From Blastocystis sp. Blastoise (Eukaryota > Protista > Bigyra: Opalinata): 64,000 nt of DNA. How positions within the stretch are numbered: position 1 is the first letter of the stretch; every line of letters begins with the position of its first letter. Position numbers and translations under genes: made by a program. The notes below the pieces were generated by a model, which saw only the letters and a program-made list of their open reading frames with translations, made no database searches and had not been told where the DNA came from. The stretch is from positions 186,001 through 250,000 of the forward strand of contig JBBPEB010000024.1 in the NCBI GenBank assembly GCA_039096225.1, written 5' to 3'. Positions 27,008 through 40,868 of this stretch are shown piece by piece.

Positions 27008-30000
27008 TAGAGACTTCAAATTTCATTCCCGCGGGGAATTTTGAGTTATGTTTGCTCAGTTATGGCTTTTTTCTGGAAAATGGTTAAACATAACTGATTA
27101 TTTTTTATACTAAAGAACGATTATATTCAGTTTTCCTCGGTAATATAAAATGGATCAATATGATATGGCTATAATAAACGAAGTAAAAGTAATTTCAGGC
27201 AAATATTGTTGCTCATTAAGAAAGATGATTGTTCTTCTTTCAACATTTTTAGAAAATACAGTATATATTTAAATTTATAGATGATTTCATGTTGTTATTA
27301 TATAACACATTAATTGTTATAGAATGAAACAAGTATTGTTTTTCCAAAAAATCAGAATTATGGTGCTTATTTATATGGTCATAACAAATTGGCTAATATC
27401 ACGAGCTTGGCATATTTATTTGTGGTTCCAACAAACTTTGACATGTGGTTAACAAAGATTGGAAGATTATATGGAATTTGCTTATTATGTGGAAACAAAA
27501 TTAAATGTGACTGTAATGGCTGCCTTCAATCTGCTTCTATTGAAAAGCATTTAAGAGCAATGCATGGAATGAAGCTTGGTATTTTCAAACAGTATGGCAC
27601 AATTCAGGAATACTTTGATGGCTTTCACAGCGATAAGTTACCCAATGAAAATAGAAACTCTATACTAATGTACTGCAATAAGAAAAAACAGTTAGAAGAT
27701 GATGATGATGATGAAAATGAAATAGTTTGCTTGCAAACAACTACTGTTCCTCCAAAACGTCCTTTACAACTATATCCAAGTCATCCCTCTATGCAGTCAA
27801 ATAAAACTATATCTAGTACAAATGGGAAAAGAAGATGTACTATTACACTGTCTCCTCAATATTCTATTAGTGATGCTGAATGTGTATTATTTATGTGTAA
27901 GAACCGAATCTCATTTCAAATTATGAAAATACCTGATAGTACACAATACTTGAATTTTATTAGCTATTATAGAGCTACTATTGTCATTAATAGTCTTACT
28001 ATTGACTTACAAGAGTATATTAAAGAACAGCTGAAGAATGTAATCTATTATTCATTATCCTCTGACATATGGTCACGTCATAATAAGAAGATTATATCAT
28101 GGAATTATTACTATTTTGATAAAGATGGATATCATAGTGGCCTGTATTCCTTATTACCCGTTAAATCGTCTACTGCACAAGATATACTAGAATCATTAAA
28201 TAAAATTATTCCTAATAATAATTTAGTCTCCGTTACTACTGATAAAGCCCAAGGTTATAATGCTGCGTTGTCGTCGAATAACCATTTTGGTTTAATTAAA
28301 ATAGATTGCTTCTCTCACTTCTTGAATACTGTCTATACACACGCAATTGGGAAACCAAATACTAAAGAATTATTCGCTAAAATTAGATCCTTGATTCAAG
28401 AGATAAGAATAAACAAAAATTATGATGGTTTTTGCACATGTGTTCAAGCTATTACTGGAACTAAACCACGAAAACCATGTCTTGATTGTCCTACAAGATT
28501 CTACAGTATTTTGGCACCTTTACAATGGATTTATCAGTATGGAGCTTATGCTATTAGTTATCTAAATAACATTAAAAACAAATGCATATATGATAATTCG
28601 TTAATATGTGAATTCTGCTCATTTATTCCTTATTTATGTGCATTAAATAAAAGTCATTTAATGCTTAGTTGTTATTCAAAGCCTACAGCTCATTTAATTC
28701 TTCCATTCATTAATGAATTGTCTAATATGTTTAATAAAAGTCCAGCTGATGTTATTGGATATGAGTCTTCATTTATTTGTATTAATGAATTTGTTCAAAG
28801 TGTTAGATATGATTTTGGAAGAATTGGAACTGGCAATTTCTATTATAATAATAATCAACTTGATTTTTTATCATGTTCTAGTTCTCTATATCTATTTCTA
28901 TCAAACATTATGAAATGTAGTTATGATAATAATCAAAAGGAATCATCTATTTGTCCTGAGATAGAGAAATGGAGGAAGGTATTGAATGATACTTTATGTT
29001 ACGAAAAGAGTATTAATGTAGAAATCGTAATAAAAAAGATTGAGACACTTCGTAACGCATGTGTTGATAAAAATATTGTGCCAATATCAGAAATTCTATT
29101 ATGTGAATTTGATAAACGTGATGAAAAATATCTTCAACTTGTTGATAGAGGTGTTAAATTCTTCTTCTTATCAGATGCTACAAATCATAATGATTATATT
29201 AATCAATATCGTTCGAGAAGAGAAAAGTCTGTGTCGATATTAAATACAGACAAGGTAAGTCCACTTGAATCTATTAATAACAATATTACAAGCAATGATG
29301 ATATAGTTGATAACAATGATTATTGTGATGATTATGATGATCTACGATTTGAAACCTCTCTTTTTAATGCAAGAGAAAAATACTTTAACTGTTCTGTTGG
29401 TTCGAATAGTAATAATAATAGTATTCTTGATGAAGAAGAACTTAGTAGTAGTGATGAAGAATTTTATGAGTTTTATAAGAGAACAAGTGATTCTTATGAT
29501 AATGAAGACGATAATCAAATATTTACTATACCAGAATGCGAACTATTTACATCAGAAAAAAAGTTTAATATTGATTCTGATATAAAGTACTACTTCTCAT
29601 TTGATTTATATTTTAATGAGTTCTTTTATGATGAGAATGTTATACGTATATTATCAAGATTTTTATCACCTCCAGCAACTGAAATAGGAGATGAGCGTGT
29701 CTTCAGTTACAGTGGATTATTAGATAACGGTAGAAATACGAATATGAAATCTGAGAAATTTTGTGGTATAACATATATTTCTCGAAACGAAGAAATGGTA
29801 CTTAGTATGTTAAAATCTAAATAACTTTTGTTTCTTTTTCCTTTGTTAATTAATATGTAATTGTCTTTTTCTTATTGACTATTATGTTTAGATAATGATA
29901 ACTTGATTAAATATATTTTTTGGAACAAATTGTAATTTACATTGTTGTGATCTTATAATGGAATATGAGCAAAATTATTTATTGTTTCACTATATGATCG

Positions 30001-30146
30001 AAAAATATCAAACAAACATATTGAAAGTGTTTTTATTGTAAAATACTTAATTAAACAGCCCAGTTATGTAAGAAAACATATAGTTATGGGTTTTTTCAAA
30101 ATACTGTGTTCCAGTTATGGTTCCCCAGGGAAATTTGAAGTCTCTA
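27008..30146 (+). mobile_element. hAT transposon nested in the right TIR of the second Tc1 element
   Basis: Perfect 17-bp TIRs TAGAGACTTCAAATTTC (27008-27024) and GAAATTTGAAGTCTCTA (30130-30146), with subterminal AGTTATG repeats at both ends. Confidence 0.92.
27150..29824 (+). CDS. hAT (Ac-like) transposase, 2 exons
   Basis: ATG at 27150 and a phase-0 intron at 27261-27322. BED-like CLLC..HLRAMH, LSSDIWS, VTTDKA, CFSH, TRF (usually TRW), PATEIGDERVFS. Confidence 0.85.
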
Positions 30147-30397
30147 ATTTTTTCATGATGCCAAAGTATTTTGCAAAAAAAAAATTGGCTTCCAAAGTAT
30201 TTTGCAAAAAAAAATTTTCACGATTTTTTTTAAAATTTGAAGCCAAAGTATTTTGCAAACAGTGCAATTGTAAATTGCAAAGCACTGTACACAAAAATAT
30301 TCGTGGTTATTTAGGGTTTGTTTTGGAAAGATTCCCGTGGAAAATATATATATTTTAGTTACTTTTTATGCAACTCTAATAATGAGAGTGATTAGAT

Positions 30398-32931
30398 ATG
30401 AATATAACTACTTACTTTCCTGTTGATGACACTACATCAGTACTTTATATAACTATCCTTTATTATTCCATCCTTATATATAGTCAAGATGTATTAAAAA
30501 GCAGCAATTAAATATAAAAGAATGTGATAGAAATGAGATCATTCAACAAGCTAAGTCTACATGTAGTATTGTATTAAATATTGATGAATCCAACAAAAAT
30601 AAAGAAACGCCAGTGCAAATTAAAGAAAAAGAGTATATTAGTTATTATATATATATTATTCTGTTACTTAATTAATTACATTCTTTATCCATATATTAAC
30701 ATAGTATAAACGAACAAGAACAAAGTGTAGAGTCCAATGAATCACTGAAGAATGATGTAAAAAAGAAGGCACTTATCTTTGTTAATAACTGTATGAATGG
30801 TAGTTTAGATGATGATGAAAAGCACTTCCTTCGTAGAAAGAATGCAAAAGGTATTTATGAGTATAATTCTGATTATTTGGTTTATGGTTTTATTCAAAAT
30901 TATAAGTCTCAACAAGGTCAGTGTTTAATATGCAATACTATAATTAAAAGAGTTCAACCTTCTAGATTCTTCACGCATTTTTTGAACCATATTCAAACTG
31001 AAAGTCCAACTGTAATTATTAAATTTTCATATCAATACTTTGAAGAATTGTATACAAAGCTACAGAGATCTCAATTACTTCTTAAAAAGAATACAATAAG
31101 TAATGATATGTTAATAAAATTTAGTTATGGCATTAGTAATTTAGTAGCTAAAACTGGTCTTCCTTATACTACTGCTAATAAACTTATTCTTCCAGTTATT
31201 AGATTATGGGAAAATTTAAATAAAAGATCTTTTTATTCTATTATTATGTCTGCAAATACTGTGAAACGTCGAATTAATGATATTAATGATTTAGAAGAAA
31301 TTAGTACTATTAATGAATTAAATAGTAGTCCCCTTTTTTCGTTACAACTGGATGAATCAACTGATATTAGTCATTCTTCTCAATTAATTCTGTTTGTTAG
31401 ATACATGTATAATAATAAATATAAAGATTCTTTCCTATGTATTCTTCAATTACAATACAGTAAGAGTGGAAGTAGTATATTTGAAACCGTATCTAATTAC
31501 TTCAGTGATCATGATATTCAGTGGAACAAATGTTTAAGTGTTTGTACAGATGGCGCCTCAGCCATGAATGGAAATTATAACAGTTTCAAAACATGTGTTC
31601 TTAAAATACAACCTTCCTGTCTTTTTATTCATTGCTATTTACATAAGGAGGAAATATGCTCTTCTGTTCTTCCTGATTATTTTCAAAAATACTTTATAGA
31701 ATGTTCACAAATTATTAATTCTATTACTCAATCAACTAAATGTTCTGAAAAACTGCTTAATTTACAACGTAGTTTAATTGTTGGTAATGATGAATACAAA
31801 AAGAAATATAATAAAGAAACTCTTCCTGATAATATATCTAATTCTTCTGTATTAAGTTTTAATGAAGTTGATGATTTAGATTTTCAATTTGAAGAAAGTG
31901 ATGAAAACTATGAAGATGATATTATTCAATCTTATGACGAAACTACATCTAATACTGTGAAAACTAATGGCTCGAAAGTTACTAATAAAAATAATAATGA
32001 AAATACAAATTCTAAATCCTATCGTTTATTACACTATAGTTCTACCAGATGGCTGAGTAGATATCAGTCAATTAGCAGATTTAATATGTTAAAGTCTACT
32101 ATTGAAACAATTCTATTGGAAGATAAAAAGAAGGATTTATATAGTAAAATTACAGATAAGGAGTTTTCCTTATCAATGATATATATCGAAGAAATTACTG
32201 AACTGTTTTATGATGTTAACAAGAAGATGCAAGGAAAGAAAGCTATTTTTCTAGAATATATTATGTTAATAAAAGAATTATATATTAAGCTCTGTAATAA
32301 GTTTAATTCTCTCTGTGATGATAAAATATCGGTCTTTCCTACTGTTGCCTCTTTTCTTAGAAAAAATATTGATATTAGCGTTAAATTTTTTATAAATATC
32401 ATTACTGATCATATTGATACGTTATTAACAAATATTGAGAATTATTTCCCTGAAGTTATGTCCTTAATCGAGTTTGAAGTATCACTGATGAAAAGTGCTG
32501 AAAATACTTGTGACCTAACTGTTCCAATAATACATAGCATGCCTAGTGTAATAAAAAGCGTAGAAGCCTTAAGTGTAATAAGAATCCTCAAACAATGATT
32601 GAAAAGTTGTGTCGATCTGAAGAAAAACGATTATCTACTATTATTAATATGCCAACTACTTGTATATCACAAGAAAAATGTTATGGAAATATTATTTCAA
32701 AAAATTCTAAATATGAGATTATTTGCGCTATTAATAGTTATAATCATTTATTAATAACAGGAGAATTAAGAAACCAAATTATTAATGGATGTACTTATTA
32801 TGATTCGTTTTCGGGGAAATGTACAATTGAAAATGAAAACAAAAAAAAAAGAATTTGTTTTTTCTGGTATGATTGATATCAGAATTTGTGATTCTTATTT
32901 TTTTGGTTATATTTCTGGTAATTTTTCTTCA

Positions 32932-32969
<38 letters not shown>

Positions 32970-33602
32970 TTATTGTACTCTATACGTTTATACATATAAT
33001 ATCCTTTTATATTATTATAGAAACTGAAGAAGAGAAGAGTGTTGCTGATAACATGATTATAAATACTACTAAAAGAAAAAGTCCTATTAATTCTCCAATA
33101 ACAAATATGTATGATATTTCTAATTTATGGGTTATATATCCATTTGAAACGAAATATATATCAGTTACTAAATATGATATACCACTTTATGAAGAATTAC
33201 TTGTTTTATCTTGTGATGTACATGATAAAAATATGTATAATACTTTATCAATTGATTCATTTTACTGTGAATTAGCGCTACAATATCCTATTATTTATCA
33301 ACATGTTACTCCAATACTTCTTCCTTTCCCTACTTCCTATCTTTGTGAAAAAGCGTTTAGTGAAATGCTCTACCTTAAATCTAAATATCGAAATCACCTA
33401 AACATTGCTGCACCGCTTAGAATTAAGCTTTCAACAAATGAGCCTTCATTAGATACGATGACAGACTTCTTTAAAGGTATGTATAATTATATTATTAATT
33501 ATCTATATTATTTCATTATTATCATATTATTTCATTGTTATACATATTATTTCATTGTTATACATATTTATAGATAAAACCAAACGATGTAAGTTTTCCT
33601 AA
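30398..33602 (+). pseudogene. hAT Buster/Charlie (ZBED5/SCAND3-like) transposase with two frameshifts
   Basis: Motifs FSLQLDESTD, VCTDGASAM, IHCYLH, TRWLSR, LLPFPTSYLCEKAFS..KSKYRN. Upstream exons 30398-30439 and 30484-30632 splice in frame. Frameshifts near 32580 and in the A10 run at ~32841-32850; introns at 32937-33020 and 33477-33573. Confidence 0.8.
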
Positions 33603-34968
33603 ACATGCAAACTATTATGTGACTTAGTTTATCAACTATAAAAGGCCCTATATATTTAAACGATATGATTTCTTTTATATTATAATTTCTATAATGATTG
33701 AAAATGTTATATTATATGTTATAATTTACTTTTGATTATTACTAAAAATTATATTTCACAAAAACAACATTATCATAAACATGATAGAAAACGATACTGC
33801 AACAAATTATTATGATTCTAGTTAAAAGAATTATATTTAATATAGTCAATGTTTTGGTAATTATGAAAACCAAAATAAAAGTTATAATTTACAGTATTCA
33901 TAAAATATTATGCAAAAAAAACATGTTAGATATACCTTAGAATTCATTCGATTATGTTATCCTGGATCAAATACAATAATCAAAAAAAAATAAAGTAGAA
34001 TCGATTCTTTTTAATGTTTAAATAGGATTAATGGCCATATACGATATAGACAGAATAGTATTAACTGCTAGTCTGACTGATTCCTATCATGATGGTAACT
34101 TCTTGGTTTGAAATTGTCTAATTTGCTACTCAAGCATCATTAAACCAAGAACTACAGGAAGTGTAACAATAATATATAAAAAAAATTTCAACATTCTTTG
34201 AATTAGGGTGTCTTCTTTTATTCATCTATTATTGATATGCTATAGCAACCATATGCTTTAGTTTTTAGTAAAAGTGATTTCTATTTTGTTTTTACCTCAG
34301 TTTCAAGAATAGAATTTAAAAAAATAACTAAACTTGTTTTTAGTAAACTAATATTTTATTTTTATTTTTTTTGTGTAAACAGCTTTTTATGCATAATTAT
34401 TAGATATATATTAACAGTTAATCAATGATTATCTGATATTAATTAAAAAAAAATCGTTTGACTGTGAATCTCTAAAATGATCTCTTCAGATATGAGTAAA
34501 TTTTAATGACATCAAATATATAATGTATATCTACATTAACTTATGACATTTTATACAATATACAACTAAAAAACGAGTGTAGACACCAAAATGGTCAATG
34601 GCATAGTTAAAAACTTATTGTGTATTAAAAAACATATATTCTAGTGTAGAATATTGTTCTCATAAGTGTCAATTAAGATATATTTATAAATAAAGAAGTT
34701 TGAGAGAATAATAATAAAACTCTTTTTGTAGTACAAAAAAAATTTCATGGAGTACATTGCCTACTTTAAGTACAGTTTGGCGAACCCTGTCGGACTATTT
34801 TGAGGCCTTAGATATGGAATTTTTGAAAATTTAAAAAAACTAAAATAAAATTTGGAACATAATCTATAACATACTGAAAGGATATTATCATAGCCTTAAC
34901 CATCATAGAATAAACAGTCCGTGAACTTGAGACACAAATATCCAACTTCTATTGCCTTTATATATAAG

Positions 34969-35060
34969 ATGAAAGAAACTCAAATATGTCCCTGATTATT
35001 TTTACACAAGTCCTTCGACTCGTGTAAAAACAATCAGAGAAATATTTGAGTTTCTTTCAT
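34969..35060. repeat. ~92-bp near-perfect hairpin upstream of the Crypton-like recombinase
   Basis: ATGAAAGAAACTCAAATAT..CTGATTATTTTTACAC-AAGTCCTTCGACTC-GTGTAAAAACAATCAG..ATATTTGAGTTTCTTTCAT. Confidence 0.85.
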
Positions 35061-35681
35061 TTATTAAAAAAATATGCTTTTATCTGTTATCTATGAAAGA
35101 AAATATTAAAAACCATGATTATTAACAATATTTGGTTTCTTCTTTTTATGTTCAGTTATTTATGTTTCTCAAAAATAATATATACATATCATGAAATACT
35201 ATTTTTATTTATATAATCAATAAATAATAGCTAATACACATATATCTTCTTTTATTTTGTCAGATAGTACTTCTTTTTTATAATCGTATGACAACTAATA
35301 TGTTGTGCTTATTAATATAGTCTATTACCATTCCTCTTGAATTAAAATGCAATTTATTATATTTAGAAAAGCTTTAAAAATTTTATTAATCACTATACAA
35401 TAAATAATGACACACACTGCGTAAATTATATATTTTTGTTTTGTGTAATAATCGTGTTTATCAATAATTTTTAGCCTGTAATAATTGAAATAATCATCGA
35501 AAGATAACTATGTATAAGAAGATTACTATTTCTCTATTTTATGTATAATAATCTGTTTATATAATTCTCTTTATAATATATAAGCGAGTCTACAAAAACT
35601 TAACAGAATAACGATTCATTCGTCAGGATTCATATGAAAAGATTTTTTTAATATATTTTTTTATTATCAAAAATAAGATAA

Positions 35682-37116
35682 ATGAGTTCTAAACCGTCTT
35701 TGGTGTATGATTCACCAACAAAAATGATAAGTAAACCAGAAAAAGCAGAAAAAAATATGAAACAACATATAATGAATTTAAAGAATTTATAGTAGCTAAT
35801 AAATACCAATCTGAGATGGAAGCCTTAATGCCTTATATGCTTTACTTGAAACGAAGAAAAAATCTGCATCCAAGAACAATTAAAACCATGTATTCTATAT
35901 TGAAAAAATCAATTACGGATGAAAATCTTGTTAAGGCAGATGATTGTATTAATGATAAAATAAATAGATGGATTAAGAATCAAAGCAGAGTATCTTCCCC
36001 TCCAAAGCAAGCAGCTGTATTTGGATTTGATTCTATAATTCAGTTTTTGACGGAGAATAACAAGGATCTAAGTATGGTCAACTACAAGCAGCTATGAGTC
36101 TAGCCATTAGTGGAGGATGTAGATGTGAAGAACTACATGGGCTACATTATAATGATCTTCATGTATTTATATATTACTATTTTTTTTATATATAGTGGAT
36201 GCCAGATAAATTAGAGGTTTTTATTCAGCATTCCAAGGTTGACCAGGCAGGAAAAGGTTTCTCATTCTATGTGCTAAACTCAGTTGGCAACATCATTAAT
36301 CTTTATAGTATTATTAAGAAGTACCATGATCAACTTAACGATATATCACATCAAAATCCTCCGTTATTTATTTGTGTAAGAAATGGTAGATTCATTAAGC
36401 AACCAGTTGGAATTAATACCCTTTACTCCTTTCCATTGAAAATCACTAATCATCTTAATATAGAAAACAAGGAAGAATTCTCAGGACACTCATTTAGAAG
36501 AACATTTGCTACCATTCTGGCTACTAGAGGATTGAATGCTTTTGAAATAATGAAGGCTGGACGTTGGGCTTCTGCTGAAACTGCTAAGAGATACATTGAT
36601 TATAGTCAATTAACTAGGTTCAAATCAGCTGCAGCATTAGCATTTAGTAGTTCTCTTAAGCCAGTACAGTGTCTTGATAATTCAAATGGATCTAGATGTA
36701 TTACTAATAATACTAGTGATATTTATCATGTAGAAGATAAAAAAGATATTAAAGAAAGTGATGATACAATAAAATGTTTTCCAAGAAAAGAAAGAAACGA
36801 TGTAGAAGTATATTATGAAGCCAATAAAGATGAATAATGTTCCTTTACAAAAGCTGAATCTAGTGTTGAAGCTGAATCTAGAAGTAGAATGTATGATGTG
36901 TTATTCAAGAATCAAATTGATCAATTTAATATGTTAAATAAAGCCTATTTTGATCTTGCTGATAGAGTAATAACTAAATTTGCAGGAATAAGAAATGATT
37001 GCAAACAATCAACTTCTAGTATTGATGAAAATACTTCAAAAACATCTATTGCATCAAGCCAGGTTACCATCAGAAAGCTTAGTTTCTCAGAGTCAGAAGA
37101 CTCTTTCATGTGCTAA
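35682..37116 (+). pseudogene. Crypton-type tyrosine recombinase, disrupted
   Basis: GGCRCEELHGL (catalytic R), HSKVDQ (K), SGHSFRR (H-x-x-R), GRWAS, KRY. 33-nt intron at 36163-36195; frameshifts near 35750 and 36062; in-frame TAA at 36835-36837 with the frame continuing to 37116. Confidence 0.82.
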
Positions 37117-38261
37117 TTGATTGAAACCTATATAAAGTAATAATATCATGTGTTTATTAATTGACTAAGTATATTTTTATTAAATAAGTATATATATGTA
37201 TTTATCATTTTATTTCTATTATTATTATCTTTAAACTATTTAAACATTTTCTTGTTAATTTGTTTTTTGTCTTTATTTAATAATTTCCTTCATTATTATA
37301 TGAGTTTTTTGTTTCTTTCATACTGTGAAAGAAATTTTTTTTGTTTCTTTCACAGTTTTCCCCATCATTACTACCATTTTAATCATGGTTATTTTTTTTC
37401 TTTCATAGTAACAGATAAAATAAAATTTTTAAGTGCTTGAAAAATATTTTTTTAGAATTACAGTAATTTAGTCAAAAAATTCAAGTCACTTTTTATAAAA
37501 ATAATAAATAGGCTTATTATAGAATATAAAACATTAAAAATTAGTTTAATTTAATATGGTTGACTGTTTGATATGAATGTTAAAATGGGTAAAAAGATTT
37601 TAATTGTTTCTAAAACAGTATAATAAGTTTTTATGTCACTAAATACAAAAATATTATTTTTTAAAGAATGTTTTTTGTCATTCAAAAGAACTCATTTTTT
37701 GAAATTGTGACTTTAAATAAATGAAATTCAAGTTACTTTTTATAGATTAAAATACTAAATTAAATATATGTATATATTAATATAAAATTAATTTTAATAA
37801 AAGTAGATATGTGTATTTAAAAATGTTAAAGTCTTTTAGAGTTTTTCATGATAACTTATTTGTTGTATAAACTATATTTTATGTACAATTATAAAATTTT
37901 CAAAGTATTTAAATATATTTATTTATAAAATAGTGTGTAATCTTTGTTTTCTTTTTTTTTTAGTTTAGTTTTTAGTTTTTCTTTATAAAGTGATTATTGT
38001 AAACATTAAAAAAATTATTAGAATTAATTATTCTTAACAAATGAAAATATTATTTGTCAAAAAAATGTTTCGTTTATTTTGTAAAAATTCAAGCGTAGGC
38101 TGGCGTAGCCAGTCGTGAAACGCTTGTTATATATTAATATAAGCTTAGTCAATAACAAAATAATAAATAAAACAAGATTGTTTTTCTCAGTCATTTTTTA
38201 GGAAAAACGTGTTTTTTCCCTAAAACCGAGTTTTCCCCATGAGTGTTAAAGTAGAAATAGT

Positions 38262-38838
38262 ATCAAAAATTATTAGATTTTTAAATAGATACAGTCTTAT
38301 CATTAGATTTCTTAATAGAATCAATTTCAGCTACATATTTTAATTCTATAGCAGAAGTATCATCAATATAAGATTTCTTAAGAAAATCAATTTCAATGGC
38401 ATGCTTAGATTCTAAAATAGATATCTTATTTTCATAAGATTTCTTAATAGTATCAATTTCAACAGCATGTTTTGATTCTAATATAGAAATATTATTATAA
38501 TGACTTTCATTTATAGTATTAATTTCAATAACTTTCTTAGATTCTAATTCAGAAATATTAATTTCGTTAGATTTTTTAATAGTATCAACTTCATTATTAT
38601 ATTTTGATTATAATTCAGAAATAGTATGAATATTTGATTTCTTCATAGAATTAAGTTCAGAAATATATTTTAATTCTAATGTAGAAATCTTTTTTTTATA
38701 AAATCTCTTTATAGTTTCAAGTTCAGAATCATATTTATATTTTAAATTAGATACAACTTCATTATTAGATTTCTTCAAAGTATCAATATCATTATTATAT
38801 TTAGATTCTAATTCAGAAATATTATTATTATTATTATT
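38262..38838 (-). pseudogene. Fragment of a coiled-coil protein with 11/22-aa repeats (33/66-bp degenerate tandem repeat)
   Basis: Minus-strand translation repeats ISELESKxxxEIDTIKKSxxxx about 8 times, with in-frame TAA stops and no start; absent from the ORF track. Confidence 0.7.
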
Positions 38839-39052
38839 AGGGTCACGCCGCAGGTCCGGGGCCTAACGGCACCGGACTGCAGCTGCAATGAATAATAAGT
38901 GTTTGGCTTTTATTCACTTTCTTTCCTTATTATCTATTATCTATTATCAATTATCAATTATATAATATAAATTATGTAATATGTATTATTTATAAAATAT
39001 TATCTATTAGGTGTTACTTATTATATATATTATAAATTATTTTAAAAACACT

Positions 39053-39121
39053 TCTTATACTCTATATGGAGAGTTACAATCATTTATTGATTGTAATCAG
39101 GTTCAATTCCTAATATAAGAA
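39053..39121 (+). ncRNA. tRNA-like cloverleaf (atypical; nominal anticodon TTA)
   Basis: Perfect 7-bp acceptor TCTTATA/TATAAGA, T-arm TCAGG-TTCAATT-CCTAA, central stem TTACAATC/GATTGTAA with loop ATTTATT. Short D region, U37 and no oligo-T terminator. Confidence 0.4.
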
Positions 39122-40499
39122 TAAAATAGATTCTTCGAATAGTATCTGAAAAACTAAAAACAATGAAAAAAATATATAAATTCTTGTTTGATTCATTATA
39201 TTTGTTATTTATTATTTTTTAAATATATTTTGTATTTATAAATAGTTAAGTTACTGTTTTAATCATTATAGAATTTTTAAAGGTAATAAATCTCGAAATG
39301 GGTCACAATGTGAAGTATTGAAAAATATTTTTATGTTGTAAAATCATTTTAAATACATTATGATAAAATAGCTTTAACTTATTTTAACCATTTCATAAAA
39401 CTGAAACAAATTTAACACAACAAAGTCAACATCTATTTTCACTTTAGCAACTTAAACACATAGTTTTACAATTAATATTAATAAAGTCACTCTAAATAGA
39501 ATTTTATACACAAAAGTGTCAACAATATTACTTTTAGAGAGACTTTATCATTTCAATATCCACTGTATCAAAATAGTTTTGGACATAACTTTCATACAGT
39601 ATAGATCTCATTGAATTATTTAATAATTAAAGTTTAATGTCTTGAATCTCTGACCCAAATACTCTGTTTGACACATTTTGAAAAGTTGACACACTTATAG
39701 TTAATTTAAAAAGCTAACATTGAAACACTATACTCATCATAACTCTATCAACATAAGAGTCACCATTTTAAAACTCTTTATCAACCTTTTTCATTTGGTC
39801 ATACACTTTGTCAAGAGTATTTTTGTCCCTCCTTTTAATATAATTCAGACTATAAATAATAGTTTGATAAATAAAATGTTTTATATTGAATCTCGTCCTT
39901 TGGATAATTCATTTCTACATTTTTAAAAATTAATCCCTTTAAACTTGTTTTTAAAAGTCAAAATTTTCATAGTATAACAAAAACACAATTTTGAAAGAAT
40001 AGACTAACTCTTTAAAATTTCTGAACCACTCAAACACATTGTTAATTCACTTGTGAAAAATGAAATTCTCTTATTTTTTAATATGTTGTAGAGTACATAT
40101 TGTTCTATATTAAACAATTTTTAGAATTTTAAATCTCTTAATTTAATAACCTATTTTTTCACATTTCGTAATGCTTACAATTTTACACATAATTAAATAT
40201 ATAAATGAAAGTGGAGAATACACAACTTAATAATAACTCAATCATTGATATAATTACTTCTGCTAGATTATATCGAATTAAATGCGATCAAAAAATGTTT
40301 TACTTAGATTTATACAAAGATTAAAAGACCACATACTATTAATATTTAACAATTCCATTATTATCTTAATATTCGACAACCTTACCTTATCTCGACACAA
40401 TAAAATTTAAAATAAGAAAACGAACAAAACAAAAGTGATAAAATAAATAATATTAAGAAAGCAGATAACAGAAAGCTATTATCTTTGAAAGAAAATAAT

Positions 40500-40832
40500 A
40501 ATAAAAAAAACAAAAGAAAAAGAAACTAAAATAATAAATAATATTTATCCATCACTTTATTTGAACCTATATAAGTATAGGATATGATATATGTATATAT
40601 ATACCTTCAATGACTGAAGAACTGTTGACACCATCAATGACTCACAAACTACTAACACCATCACCTATATAAATATATTTAATAGTATAAGTATAAATAA
40701 ATAAAAAATATTATATATATATAAGCATACCTTTAGATATATTAGCAGTAACTGTATCATCACCAACATCAGGGTGATACGATACCAAATTAAAAGACAC
40801 ACCTATATAGAAATATATAATAAGTATAAACA

Positions 40833-40868
<36 letters not shown>

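Larger units (their letters stand above)
24785..30287 (+). mobile_element. Second Tc1/IS630 (DD34E) transposon with ~500-bp TIRs and TA TSD
   Basis: Termini TA|CAGTGTTTTGC ... GCAAAGCACTG|TA. Left TIR is 24785-25285; right TIR is split into 26724-27007 and 30147-30287. Internal direct repeats GCAAAATACTTTGG and CAAAAAACAATGGA. Confidence 0.92.
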
